Positions 1 through 13,165 are shown, numbered from the whole stretch's first letter. The stretch is DNA of 63,965 nucleotides, filler included, from Collodictyon triciliatum (GCA_043381765.1; 6 parts of 6 records of this genome joined end to end with filler, not necessarily neighbours in it), one strand, 5' to 3'. The notes: a model not told the origin generated them from the letters alone. Numbers and translations are program-made.

Positions 1-954
1 AACAATAAAAACAAAAACAAAAAAAACAATAAAAACAATAAAAACAAAACAACAAAAACAACAAAAACAACAAAAACAAACACAAAAACAAAAACAAAAA
101 CGAAAACAAAAAAACAATAAAAACAAAAACAAAAAAAAACAATAAAAACAAAAAAACAAAAAAACAAAAAAACAATAAAAACAAAAAAACAAAAAAACAA
201 AAAAAAAACAATAAAAAACAAAACAAACACATTTTCACTTCACAGCAGAATAAACCTGTACGGCATTGATATTCAGACAAATGATCTTCACAAGCGCGGA
301 TACAACAGCGGTTTTAAGGATCAAGCTCTGATTTTAGTCAGGCACCCTGCCACCCGCTGAGCCCAGACGACTTCAACAGCCAATTGTTGCCAAGCAGCGA
401 AGCGTATTATAGGCACAAAAGCGAGACTCGAAGACCCAGAAAACATGGCTGCGGATTTGACGGAAAGAGCGGAACCAGGGTACCATGAAATTAATATTGT
501 ATATAAAGTACTGCAAAAGAAATCGCGAGAATTAGGCTTCTTGCGTCATGTTCAAGCGTCACGATGTGATGTCATCATATACGCAGACGGAAAATTAAAC
601 AAAGCCAAACCAACACAGAAGCAATCAATTATTGGGTGGGGATAAATCAGAAACCCATTTTTCTGGCGAGAGATTCTGCAACAAGAGAAGGAGTTCAATA
701 AATATAACATAATTTTTCTTCATTTCTGAGCTGAGTATTTCGAACTCAAAGGCCACGCAGTCAAACCGAAAACTCCTTACAAAATAGAAGTACACGAAAG
801 AAACACTGAATAACTAAGAGAGCAAGCGAACACTTGATCAATAACGTACCATGCTCACCTGCAATTGCACAGCACCTTACTGCCCCTCAAACAAGAATAA
901 TAACCCTCTTTCCGATTACAGTTGAGCAGATAGAAGAAAACTCCACTCGCAACA

Positions 955-1019
955 CAAAGACAAAGACAAAGACAAAGACAAAGACAAAGACAAAGACAAA
1001 GACAAAGACAAAGACAGAC
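955..1019. repeat. (ACAAAG)n microsatellite upstream of ACAD9
   Basis: Direct reading. Confidence 0.95.
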
Positions 1020-1096
1020 AAACACACAGTTAACCGATTTACTCTCAGCAACGCCTATTCATTCCACCCAAACCTTCCTCACAGAAATCGGCCTCG

Positions 1097-4000
1097 ATGG
1101 CTCTCTTTGCCGCTCAGCTTCTTCGCCGAAGCATCGCCGGAATCCAACCCGCACTGACACAGTCGCTTGCCACTCGCTCCAGCGTCGCCCTTTCCTCAGA
1201 CTCGAAAGCAGCCAAGGAATCCGCAGACACGCCTCCTCTCTCCTTCGCCCGGGGGCTTTTCCTTGGCAAGATCAACACAGCTCAAGTATTCATTCCGCAG
1301 CCCAATCGTGAATCATATACCCCACATGTCTCGACCTGACAAATACTAACACCTCAATATCCCTACCAAAAGCAGCGAACCCTAAACTCTCATAGTTTGC
1401 TACGTACCTTATTAATACAGCTTAGTAAACACGTAGAGTCTCACCTTTGTAAACCATTTGCCAGGCCTTCCCTTACCCAGACACGCTTGATGCCGACACT
1501 CGCGACACAATCCGCCAGTTGGTTGACCCAGTTGAAAAGTTTTTTGCTACAAAGGTCCTCCCTATATACTTTGCTTTTTATCTCTCCTTTTTTCTCCTAT
1601 TTTTACACACATTCTTTCTTGCTGGTCAATTGACCGCCGGTTGCCTTGTGTCTTCGCTGTCATACCCTCTGAGCAACATGACCTCGAGGCGCCAAAAGAA
1701 CAGAGACAAAGAAGCACGAATTAACACTCTCTTACCAGGTGAACTCGACCGAAATCGACCGCACAAGCAAAATCCCCGACGAGGTCCTCAACGGGCTCAA
1801 GGAGCTTGGCCTCTACGGACTGCAGATTCCCCAGGATCTCGACGGCCTCGGCCTCTCGAACACAGCCTATGCGCGCGTGGCCGAAATCGTCTGCCAGGAC
1901 GGTTCCATCGCCGTGACTCTGCTTGCACACCAGTCCATCGGGCTGAAGGGAATCCTACTGAACGGGAACGACGACCAGAAGAGACGGTCTGATTCCCTTT
2001 GTGGAGACACCATACCTCACTGAATCTGCCCTCTCAACCAGCGTGTAATTTCCTCAGATACCTGCCTCGTCTGGCCACCGGCGAACACACAGCCGCCTTT
2101 GCCCTCACCGAGCCGACCAGTGGGAGCGATGCCGCATCCATTCGCACAAGGGCTGTCCTTTCACCTGACAAGAAGCATTTCATCATCAACGGGAACAAGG
2201 TAGGATACTGTTACGAAAATATCATGGATACTGCGTCCGTACAGACTCGTTGTGTAAGTGCATGGGATGCCCTCAAGAGCATGACTTGTGCAGATTTGGA
2301 TTTCCAACGGGGGCTACGCAGATATCATGACGGTCTTTGCCCAAACTGAGGTGGATGGGAAGGACAAGATTACTGCGTTTATCGTAGAGCGTGCATTCGG
2401 AGGGGTCAGTGCTGGGAAGCCAGAGGACAAGCTCGGCATTCGTGGCTCCAACACATGCGCTGTATGTAGCATACTGTTGAAAACAAGCTTCTGTCTCTTG
2501 ATAATATTCATGCGATCAGGAACACTTGTTCTGCATTTGTATGTCGACTTGCTAATCGCTTTGCATCTCCTAAAGGTCTACTTCGAGAATTGCAAAGTCC
2601 CTGTGGAAAATGTCCTCGGTGGTGTTGGCCAGGGTTTTAAGGTCGCCGAATCCTCCGTTCAGAACAGAATATACTATGGAAGCGTCTAATATCCTCTCAT
2701 ACTCGCTACTTGTCTAGGTTGCCATGAACATTCTCAACAATGGTCGCTTCGGTCTTGGTGCAGGCTCTGCCAGTATGATGAAGCATTTGCTCGCCATGAT
2801 GACCGAGCACGCCACTACCCGCAAGCAGGTAACTTTCTCTTCCACATCGAAAAGAATGTCCTCCTCTTCCTTTTACACATGTGCATAATCTTGGATTGCC
2901 TAAGGAATCAAAAAAAAAATCCAAGTGATGAGATGCGACGGTTATCCAAAGATTTAACTGCAATAAAGATTAACACAAAGTCTTTTACTTCATCACTGTC
3001 ATTGCAGTTCGGACGCACCCTCCAAGAGTTCCAACTCATCAAGGAAAAATTCGGCAATATTGCAATCGATGTAATTCATGCGTGACATGTCTTTGTCTGC
3101 CTTCTATGCGGATTGTTCGATATTTTCGTTCGCTCTATTAGTGACTATCCCACCTCACACAGGCTTACGGACTGGAAAGTATGGTTTACATGACCACAGC
3201 CATGATTGACCGCGGAGATCACGAACCATACATCGAAGCCGCCATGTGCAAGGTAAAGCAAGAGTATGTTGCCGAGTCGCTCAAAAGACAGTTTTTTGGA
3301 GCATGAAAGACCGTCTTTCAATTCACATTAACAAGATAACTGAACGAGCATGAAATTACACCCATCAGATCTACGGCTCCGAATCCAGCTGGAAGGCTGT
3401 CAACGAGGGCATCCAGGTCATGGGAGGAATGGGATTCATGAAAGATTATCCCTACGAACGCATCATGAGAGATACTCGCATCCTATCCATCTTCGAAGGA
3501 ACCAACGAAATCCTCCGGATGCTCGTTGCTTTGACTGGTTTGAAGGTTGGTTGGCACAGTTCTTATCACACCATCACCATTACCACTCTAATTCTCGCGT
3601 TCTCGTGGACAGATTGTCGGCGATGACCTCAAGTCGCTCCTGAAGGCCATCAAGAGCCCGCTGAAGAACAAGGACCGCCTCAAGTACGAGGTCAACCGCC
3701 GCATCGGCCAGTACATCAGCGTGAAGCCGCTCAAGGGCATCCACCCGAGCCTGCAGGGCTGCGCGGACTCGCTGCAAACCGCCACCTTCGACTTCCACCA
3801 CGTCAACGAGTTCCTTGTCCGCAAGCACAAGGAGGACATCATCAACCAGCAGATTCATCTGCGCCGCGTGGCCGACATCTGCATCGATCTCTTTGCCATG
3901 ACTGCGTCCATCTCCCGCGCAACCCGTGCCCTCAACGAAAACTACGCCACGGCCGACCATGAGAGAAAGCTCTGCATCGGCGTCTGCAAGAAGGCCCTGT

Positions 4001-4131
4001 CCCGCGTCAGTGCCAATCTCCGCGAAATCAAGGTCGGCGCCTCTGTCAACGGCGATGAGGAGACAATCAACGTGGCAAACGACATCTTTGCCCACAAGAA
4101 GTATCATGCCACACACCCTATTGGCGTCTAA
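1097..4131 (+). CDS. ACAD9: ACAD9/VLCAD-type mitochondrial acyl-CoA dehydrogenase, 11 exons
   Basis: GT-AG splicing gives a continuous protein with an Arg/Ser-rich presequence ([12 protein letters not shown]) and family motifs [59 protein letters not shown] and [30 protein letters not shown], plus the C-terminal VLCAD/ACAD9 extension ending HPIGV-TAA. Confidence 0.9.
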
Positions 4132-4300
4132 ACTCGCACTCCCAGCCGCTCCGATTCTTCCCGCGCTTGGCCGAGCCATGTGCACACAACCCATCGCGTT
4201 GGCCTGTTTCTTCATGCACTCGCATACTTTCCCCCTTTCTATCTTTTTGTTTAATCGTCCTTCCCAGAAGATACATCTGCTTCAAAAATCCCGCGTCTCC

Positions 4301-7300
4301 ATGTCCAGTTTCAGCTCCGATGCACTAAATCAACGCTCATGCTGGAAAATGACTCTCGTCCCTTGCTTTCGTGCTCGCTGTTTCCTTTCTATGCAGAATC
4401 CAGTCCGAGTGTCCGGCTCATGCCCCACGGGAGTTGTGGTCGTCGGAGCCTTTTGTGCCGTGTAAATTCCAGATGAGGGTGATACTGTTATGGTATCGAT
4501 TCGCAGCATTGTATCTGATTTGTGTCCCACTTGCGCGCAGCGATTTGACGATCGGGCGCTCACGCAGTCAGCGAGCGGCGGTAGNNNNNNNNNNNNNNNN
4601 NNNNNNNNNNNNNNNNNNNNNNNNNNNNNNNNNNNNNNNNNNNNNNNNNNNNNNNNNNNNNNNNNNNNNNNNNNNNNNNNNNNNNNNNNNNNNNNNNNNN
4701 NNNNNNNNNNNNNNNNNNNNNNNNNNNNNNNNNNNNNNNNNNNNNNNNNNNNNNNNNNNNNNNNNNNNNNNNNNNNNNNNNNNNNNNNNNNNNNNNNNNN
4801 NNNNNNNNNNNNNNNNNNNNNNNNNNNNNNNNNNNNNNNNNNNNNNNNNNNNNNNNNNNNNNNNNNNNNNNNNNNNNNNNNNNNNNNNNNNNNNNNNNNN
4901 NNNNNNNNNNNNNNNNNNNNNNNNNNNNNNNNNNNNNNNNNNNNNNNNNNNNNNNNNNNNNNNNAGACGGTATTTTCAGAGGACCTTCGATTCAGCGGCA
5001 ACCATTTTCATATCATATTCGAAGCCGGACGTGCATGGCTTTGCGACACGAGCATGTAAGAATCATAATATATATTTATTAGAATATGTCTTTGTGTGAA
5101 AGTAGAAACAATCTGCACTTATTTACGAAGACAACTACTTTAAGGAACGGTACCTTTGTAAATGGGAGTGTAGTGGGAAAAGGAAATAAATATCTTCTGC
5201 AAACATATGATGTAATATCCTTGCTTGATAGCCAACCACAGTCATACGACGAAATGCTCGCCGTCAGTATGTTTTATGCTTATTCTCGTTTTGCAGCACG
5301 TCATAAGAATTTAAATTTAGAAATATACTTAGAGATTGTCTCTTTTCTTCTATTAATAAAGTATGTGCTCCGTTTAAATCGAAAGAAATCCCCTATAATA
5401 TGATATACACCATATTAGATTATGTCTCATACACGTTTAAGTACATGAACAACTCAACCGAGAGAATTGAGGTTGATGTAAGTTTTTCATCGATCAATTT
5501 TAAGTTGAATATCATTTAGACGGTTGTCTTACGAAAGTACATATTCAAAAAACGAAATGCATTTTATTTGAAAGGTGGATGAATTCAACCAAAAATATTT
5601 GTTGACCCATCGATTCCTCGGAGAGTAACCTTTCAAAATATTATTTTCTTTTTGATGACAAAATTTGCTTCGGTTAAGTAATACTATGCTAAGTCGCACC
5701 TTTCATCTTGCCATATACTTCATTTTTTTCAAAACTAAACATATTGTCATTACTTACACAAACTCTGTCACTGCAAGAGTAGAGGGTCACATGCTGATGT
5801 ATGGTTAGTTAAAAACAAATCAAATGATGGGCTTTTTGCTATGAAAAGAATGAAAAACCACAAGAAAGGCGGGCTTCCAGGACGCATGAATAAAACTGAA
5901 GTATTCACCCATTTATTCTCAATTTTTTTCCGAAATATGTTTCTCTATCTCTCGATATAATTCACGAGTCACACAGATAATAATGTGTAATATTATATTT
6001 GTTGAAATTGCAGATCGAAATCATGACGAAAATGGACCACCCTTTCATCATCAAACTTTACGATGTTTATCGGACGAATAGCCATATATACATGGTTATG
6101 GAATAGTAAGCCTCATTTTTTTTTAAAAAAAAAGAAGGTGAATATGAAAGTAAAATAAAATAAAATTCACCCTTATATTATTTTAAGTGCCCGAGGAGGA
6201 GAGCTTTTTGATCGGATTCAAAAGTCGACATTCTATACAGAAGATGATGCCAGAGAATGTTCTCGTCAGATTGTCAGGGCAATTGACTATCTACATTCTC
6301 AACGAGTTGTTCATAGAGATCTTAAAGTAGTTCAGCATGAATTAGTCATTTTATTGTTTTACGCTCGATAGATTTTAAGCTAACTTGTCTTCTTTATGAT
6401 TCTATTGTTAGCCCGAAAATATTCTTCTAGTGAATGAGGATAGCAACTATGATATCAAGATTACCGATTTTGGATTATCTCGGATATTGGAAGACCAATA
6501 TGTCATGCATACATTTGTTGGAACAGCACAATACAGTGGTTTGTCACTATCAAGCTCATCTGCATACATTTAAAAAAAAAAACACAAATAAACATAAACA
6601 TGAATATAGCATGAATTGGATTTTAATCATGACTTGTTTGATAACTTTACTATCCAATACGCCACAAAGCACCCGAATTGATTCAAAGTGAGACAAGTCG
6701 AAGTTATACACAAATTGTGGATGAATGGTCTGTTGGGACTATCATATACACCTTGTCGGTCTCACATTTCTACATACAATCAATCAACCTACCAAATATG
6801 CTTGGACATTACCTTTGTTAAGAGACTAACAGAACTGAAACAGAGCTTATTTTCTTTATCCGCACACTTATTATTGCACCCCTTATTGCAGATTGAGCGG
6901 GTATCCGCCATTTCACGAAGAAAAACCCAACCCCATCCACATCCAAATATGTTCTGCCGACTATGACTTCCCACCCGAGTTCTGGGGCGAAGTATCGGAC
7001 ACAGGCACGAATTTGCTAAACTTCAACACCTTTTTGTTTTTTTAATGCATCATGAATGGAAAGCGTTTCTCGAGAAATCTATCAAACGTTATTTGCATCG
7101 ACACGACGATAGCAATCGACCTTGTGAAGCGGCTTCTCGTCGTCGACGCAACTAAACGAATGACTTGCGCCGAAGCTCTTCTTCATCCCTGGCTGCGTTC
7201 ACAAGTGTCGTCCCAACCAGCTTCTGCCATCCCACAAACGAAGCGCAATGTAGTAGAGCAAATGCGGCGCAGTTACAGCCGTGGAATCCTCGGAAATCAG

Positions 7301-7420
7301 CCGTCGGAGTATGTGGATATGGTTGGGGAGTTCAGTAGTTTGTGTGACCGAGGGTTGAAGCGCGAATCGTCAGATTCATTCACTGCTCTTTTCAAGATGC
7401 CGCGCACAGTCCCGAAATAA
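4301..7420 (+). CDS. FHA-domain Ser/Thr kinase (Chk2/Rad53-like architecture, CAMK group); start approximate, N gap inside
   Basis: FHA motifs LTIGRS (about 4545), FSGNHF (about 4990) and DTSMNGTFVNG. Kinase motifs FAMK, EIMTKMDHPFII, GGELFDRI, VVHRDLKPENIL, IKITDFGLS, GTAQYSAPE, DEWSVG, LSGYPPF and EALLHPW. Stop TAA at 7418-7420. Confidence 0.88.
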
Positions 7421-8294
7421 ACCATTTGTGTCTTTTCGCAAAATTGTATGCATGAGGATATGATTCCTTCGTGCAGAGTTTATGTCTTTGGGACTTTGCT
7501 TTGATTTTTGGTCCAGTGTTTTAAGACACAAAGAAATAGCAAAATAAAACAAAAAAAAAAGTTGCAGATATACAGAAGCGTATCCCATTATACTGTTGGT
7601 TAACCCTGATTTTTCTTCTTTTTTTTTTTTTTGGTATTATTNNNNNNNNNNNNNNNNNNNNNNNNNNNNNNNNNNNNNNNNNNNNNNNNNNNNNNNNNNN
7701 NNNNNNNNNNNNNNNNNNNNNNNNNNNNNNNNNNNNNNNNNNNNNNNNNNNNNNNNNNNNNNNNNNNNNNNNNNNNNNNNNNNNNNNNNNNNNNNNNNNN
7801 NNNNNNNNNNNNNNNNNNNNNNNNNNNNNNNNNNNNNNNNNNNNNNNNNNNNNNNNNNNNNNNNNNNNNNNNNNNNNNNNNNNNNNNNNNNNNNNNNNNN
7901 NNNNNNNNNNNNNNNNNNNNNNNNNNNNNNNNNNNNNNNNNNNNNNNNNNNNNNNNNNNNNNNNNNNNNNNNNNNNNNNNNNNNNNNNNNNNNNNNNNNN
8001 NNNNNNNNNNNNNNNNNNNNNNNNNNNNNNNNNNNNNNNNNNNNNNNNNNNNNNNNNNNNNNNNNNNNNNNNNNNNNNNNNNNNNNNNNNNNNNNNNNNN
8101 NNNNNNNNNNNNNNNNNNNNNNNNNNNNNNNNNNNNNNNNNNNNNNNNNNNNNNNNNNNNNNNNNNNNNNNNNNNNNNNNNNNNNNNNNNNNNNNNNNNN
8201 NNNNNNNNNNNNNNNNNNNNNNNNNNNNNNNNNNNNNNNNNNNNNNNNNNNNNNNNNNNNNNNNNNNNNNNNNNNNNNNNNNNNNNNNNNNNNN

Positions 8295-8453
8295 GCCGCT
8301 GGGAAAAGCTTGCGGGAACATGTCTCCGATAAGCGAGGATAAGGAGCGGTTGGGTGGTGGCAAAGCAACCATGAGACTGTATGCTTGCCTCGGACTTGAA
8401 GGGGAAATGAGCGAGAAACCCTGGTTTGACCTTCAGTTCTCGTAAGACATAAA
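8295..8453. repeat. Dispersed duplicate, copy A (159 bp visible, left end in N gap)
   Basis: Identical by inspection to 12532-12690. Confidence 0.9.
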
Positions 8454-8638
8454 AAGCCATTCCTCGGAAGTAAAGCGGGTTCTTGATCGCCGTTCGCCCA
8501 GCGGCACAAAACGATCAACTCAAAGTCAACTAAAAGAAAAAAAGTAACTATAAAGGAAACGAAATAGAGTAAAGAAAAAAAAAGCAAACGTAATAAACCA
8601 GGACACACTAGAAGAAATAACAAGGAAGAAGGCTTCGG

Positions 8639-10805
8639 ATGCAACACAGAGGCGGCGCTGGTAGAAGCCCCCTCATGCCCCGCTCCAGCCAAAGGACCTT
8701 TGCCGGGACAGGCGTGACTGGGATTCAAGACTCTGCAGCCATCTGGGGTCCAGAGAGCGACGCCGTTCAGCACAAAAGTACGGATCTTGTTGTGCCTTCG
8801 CATGCCATGCAGCCGATGCCCAGCATTCCGCACGGAGGCGGAGGACGAGGTAACCCCGTCGAGCAGATGCTTTACTTCCAACAGATGCAGCATATGATGC
8901 AGATGCAGCAGATGCAGCAGATGCAACAGCAAATGAGCCAGATGCAGCAAATGCACCAGATGCAACAGATGCAACAGATGCAGCAGATACAGCAGATGCA
9001 GCAACTCTTCCAGCCGCCTCGATTCGAGGAAATCCCTGTGGCCGAAGAGCGCAAAGAGGCTGTCTCTCCAAAGAAGTCTAATGGCCCTCAGGTCTACGTG
9101 CCCCCAACAAGCGATTTGGATCCTCTTGTTCAGATCAAGAAGCTGCGGGAAATGCTCCCGTCCAAGCCGACCCAGTTAATGCAGCAAGTGCAGGGAATTA
9201 TGGAGCAGCACCATCGCAATGTTCTATCGGACAAGGTGGACAAGGAAATCTTGGCTCCTCAAAGCCCAACCTCACACACGAAAGGGTCGCTGCAAATGGC
9301 CAAGCCTGCCACTCGCAAGTCTCATCCTACCCACCAACACCGATTCAAGTACATGAATGGGCTCGAGATCGATTCTGTTGAGAAGGAATTGAAAGAATCA
9401 ATCGCTGAGGAGCTGAAGTTGAGTACCGTACAATCCCAAAGAGATATCTCCAACATCCAGTCTGAAAGGGTTCTTCCTGGGAAAGTGGACGGACCCTTCG
9501 ATCTCTGCATCGACACCAATCAACCAAGAACGATGTCGTCTAATATTGATCATATTCCATCGGCAGCAGAAACTACCAAAAAGCGGGTCGAAAATGATTC
9601 CTTTGTTCGAAAAAAAATCGAAAAGATGAAAAAGGACTCTATGGTCACAAATTTACCCCAGCCAAGCTCTGAGTGGGGTGATTCTCAAAAGGTGACAATG
9701 ATGTTAAAATCTGACGGAAAGAAGTTTCGTCCATTCATGCAATCAAAAAATGGGTTACCTCCACAAGGAATAGAATTTGTTCCTATCTGGAAAGACCCAA
9801 GTAAGTACTATAATTTAAAAAAAATCGTCTCGTCTGATATTTTTCATTTATTTTTTAAAAGAAAATACATGGAATTTGAATATAATCGAGATGTCGTTAT
9901 TTAATATATATGATTCAAAAGAATATTCAGGAACTGTTTTTCAAATTAGATGGGAAAGAAGGAAAGCGAACTTTAGAACGTTGGGCAAAGATATACAATA
10001 TGCCTGATCCAACGAAACCTGCATCTCCAGTGAACTTGGATATAAATTTGGACTCGGAGACATCAAAACTACTTGGTCTCACAAATGAATTGGTGCATGA
10101 AATATTGGGGCGCTCATTAGGTAACTATATTATTGAATTCGATTAAATATACTAATCAACTAGCCCAATGCCGTTGGCATTTATGAAATAGTATGCCTTT
10201 TGTGTAATACTCTTGTATATGGTGTTTTTTTTAAAAAAAAAATGGTGCATTTAGGTTCTAGCATAGAAGACCATGCATCTACACCCAGTGAAAGCCCATC
10301 TCCGCTTGAATTGTCTGTGTCTCAGAGTGATATTCCTCAATCAGACTTACGCGAAAGCTCATCACCAAAATCAACCATGTCATATAGAGACCGCATGGCG
10401 TTATTTCGGAGCTCACAAGGACTTACTATGAAGTTACCATCTGGGTCTATTCGCGGTGAACAGCAGAGCATAAATAGAGACAGTCCATCTAGTATCATCA
10501 AAATGAAGAGCATGACACGTATTGATTCGTCAAAACAAATGAAAGTTCTAGGCGAACGAGACAATGGTGCCGGGGTGTATGGCGTAACACATGCCAGAAG
10601 CATGTCAAAGCCGGCGCGGGAATCTGCAAGAAATCTCAAGGTGGATAGTTCAACGAGCCCGGCGATAACTAAAGCATCGCCATCTGTGCCTTCGACACCA
10701 CTACCTCAACCAGAAGATATTCAGGCCAACCCATTCTTGATGCAGAGAAAACCGCCGTCTTTTCCGGTAGCGAATATCCCTCTAATATTTCCTTCTGCCT
10801 CCTAA
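8639..10805 (+). CDS. Unknown, largely low-complexity protein with (MQQ)n tract; about 3 exons
   Basis: 421-aa ORF with GTAAGT donor near 9801, a middle exon (DGKEGKRTLERWAKIYNMPDP) and a Ser/Pro-rich last exon ending TAA at 10805. No family recognised. Confidence 0.65.
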
Positions 10806-11562
10806 AGCTTTTTTCAAGAAATTGTTTCATATTCTCTTACAAATCGTATATGTCCTAGTTATCAACAAAAGTATATCTCATTTCTTTATCTTAAAATTAG
10901 ACAAAAGGATTCTCTTCTTAGCTGGGCTGCTCACCGTCCGAATATTACTTTTTTTTCTCTTTTTAACAAAACCAAGATGATAATCATGCTGTCTATCCTC
11001 TGTACTTACCAAACCAAACGCGCTTATGAGCCTCGAGTATTTACAGCTCGCTTTTGAAGGATAGGAAAAATATGAGATAGTTTAACTGGAAAAATAAAAG
11101 ATTGAACATGTGTGCCATTTATTCTTGCCGATCTAGTTCCTGGAAATAAACTTTGTTTAAATTATTTATTTATTTTTAATAAATACGTGGCTATAATACC
11201 AGCTCTGCCTTGACATATGCTTTTCACATGTAAATATGTGAATTATTTATTTGTTTTCGATTCTTTCTCTTTCCCCCTTGCTTTTATGTTCACGTAATCT
11301 TCAACCCTTTTCTTCTTCTTTCCTTTTCGTAGGAACTACGCCACCCTCTCAACCACACCGACTTTAATCCACCCAGCTATTCTCATCCATTCCAAAACAT
11401 GCTCCAGTGCCATGTGCGTAATCACCAAGGCGCCCCAAACCTCATGGCCAAGATTAACAGGATATCCGTGTTGTTTGTATGTTCGTACTTCAAATATACC
11501 ACGTGACGAGAGCTCGAATCAAAGGCCAACAGAATGGAACCCAAACTCCTATTCACCAGATA

Positions 11563-11597
11563 CTTCTTTTTTTTTTATTCTTCCTTTCAATGTTGTG
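11563..11597 (-). mobile_element. Ultra-short poly(A)-tailed insertion, copy 1, with 14-bp TSD
   Basis: Insert CTTCT10ATTCTTCCTTTCAATGTTGTG, flanked by CTATTCACCAGATA (11549-11562) and CTATTCATCAGATA (11598-11611). Confidence 0.75.
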
Positions 11598-12048
11598 CTA
11601 TTCATCAGATAGCTTGCCATATTGATAGCCTTGTTGATTCGAAAGAAGAAAGCACATCTTTCATGGTATACATATCTAGCTTAAGTATACTCACGAACAC
11701 TTCGCGATTTGGGGACAAATGATAGAGATATTTAGAGACAGTGGTTTCCATCGTATCTTTGGGTATCATGACCTCAAGACATTCCAGTTCGCTACTTACT
11801 CAGATGTTTAAAGAAAGGAAAGAGTTGCGTGTTGTTGGTGCTTTTTGGACAATCACTCAAGTAAACATAACAAAGTCCTTATTTTTATCAAGTGTAGAAA
11901 GCTTTCCAGTCGCCAAAACAAGCGACATACCCTGAAGCTTTAACAGTCGCGTGTGACCCTTGTAAAGCAACCGCCGTGTCAGCGCAGCCGATTGCGAAAA
12001 GCCTCGACTGTGTATCTGCCACAGAGTAAGGTACGATGTAGGCTTTAT

Positions 12049-12083
<35 letters not shown>

Positions 12084-12531
12084 AGCAAAGTCGCAGAGCT
12101 TGAAAAATGAGATGTCGGTTGGATGGCTAAAAAGGAAGAGAGAAGTCGAGATAGTATTTGTTTTTGGGAGAAAGCGGCGAGACTCATAAGAAAGAAATCT
12201 CATCGGCTGGTAACCAGCTGAGCAACACACGCATAGTGAGGCGCTTGGTGGCTGGATGTCTTTGGTGCATGAAAGTCGGAGCACAAGGACGATGAACGAG
12301 ACGGCGATTGGGGGAGATGAATATCAAAGCTCTGGCGCAACTACAAAGGAATGGCCGGAGTCCACGGATATGGGTGATGGAACCTCGCTCGAGTGACGAT
12401 GCACTTATGTTGTGTGTATATGTCTGTGAAGAACACGGAGGCTGAGAAAGCACAATAGATGGTGGTGTATCCTCTGCATAGGATTTGTGGTATTTGGAAT
12501 GGACAGCCTCCAAAGAGTCCCAAAGCAACAG

Positions 12532-12690
12532 GCCGCTGGGAAAAGCTTGCGGGAACATGTCTCCGATAAGCGAGGATAAGGAGCGGTTGGGTGGTGGCAA
12601 AGCAACCATGAGACTGTATGCTTGCCTCGGACTTGAAGGGGAAATGAGCGAGAAACCCTGGTTTGACCTTCAGTTCTCGTAAGACATAAA
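12532..12690. repeat. Dispersed duplicate, copy B
   Basis: Identical by inspection to 8295-8453. Confidence 0.9.
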
Positions 12691-13165
12691 GGCCAGTCTT
12701 TCATCTCATTATTTCAATGTAAATACATGTGGTTATCAGCCGAATTATCATGGGAACAACGGGAAACCTCCCGGTCATATCGCATTTATAAATGCAATTA
12801 TTCTTTTAATTGTTTCTTCTTTTCTTTCATTCGATATTACTTACTTTAAAAAGCTCCACATGTGATGTGTTATCAATATATATATATATCTTCAAGAATG
12901 GATTTTCGCTTATTTTAATCAACTTGTCAGAAGAAAAGTGAGACGAAAGGAAAAAATATTTTCCATAGTCAGTATGGTTGGTGAGTGTTTCCATTTGCAC
13001 AATTTCTGGAGAGGAAAAATCACAACCAATCCAGAGATAGAGAAAGAGAAAGAGAAAGAGAAAGAGAAAGAGAAAGAGAAAGAGAAAGAGAAAGAGAAAT
13101 AGAAATAGAAAGAGATATATAAAAAAAAACGGAGAGGGCAGATGTTTCTCAGAAAGAAAAGCAGT

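Noticed and set aside
245-490. Possible 5' end of a minus-strand gene divergent from ACAD9
   Set aside because: Short, has no recognisable motif and is cut by the window edge.
541-572. TGCGTCA (CRE/AP-1-like) motif upstream of several genes (542, about 19480, about 55705)
   Set aside because: It also occurs inside CDS and introns, and the handful of hits is about what chance gives in 60 kb.
2636-2725. AG|GTCGCC versus AG|GTTGCC similarity at both ends of an ACAD9 intron, suggesting introner TSDs
   Set aside because: Introns share no internal sequence similarity with each other; proto-splice-site bias explains it.
5519-5790. Possible additional GC donor (AAT|GCATTT) before the kinase Gly-rich loop
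   Set aside because: An alternative GT donor with a GAG acceptor also keeps the frame; this cannot be decided without cDNA.
4330-8460. Long ORFs containing X runs
   Set aside because: They are open only because they cross N gaps.
12532-12690. Possible U3 snoRNA, RNase P or LTR identity for the duplicated segment
   Set aside because: Only fragmentary box similarity; no ordered conserved boxes, and no PBS/PPT, TSD or clean TG...CA boundaries could be established.
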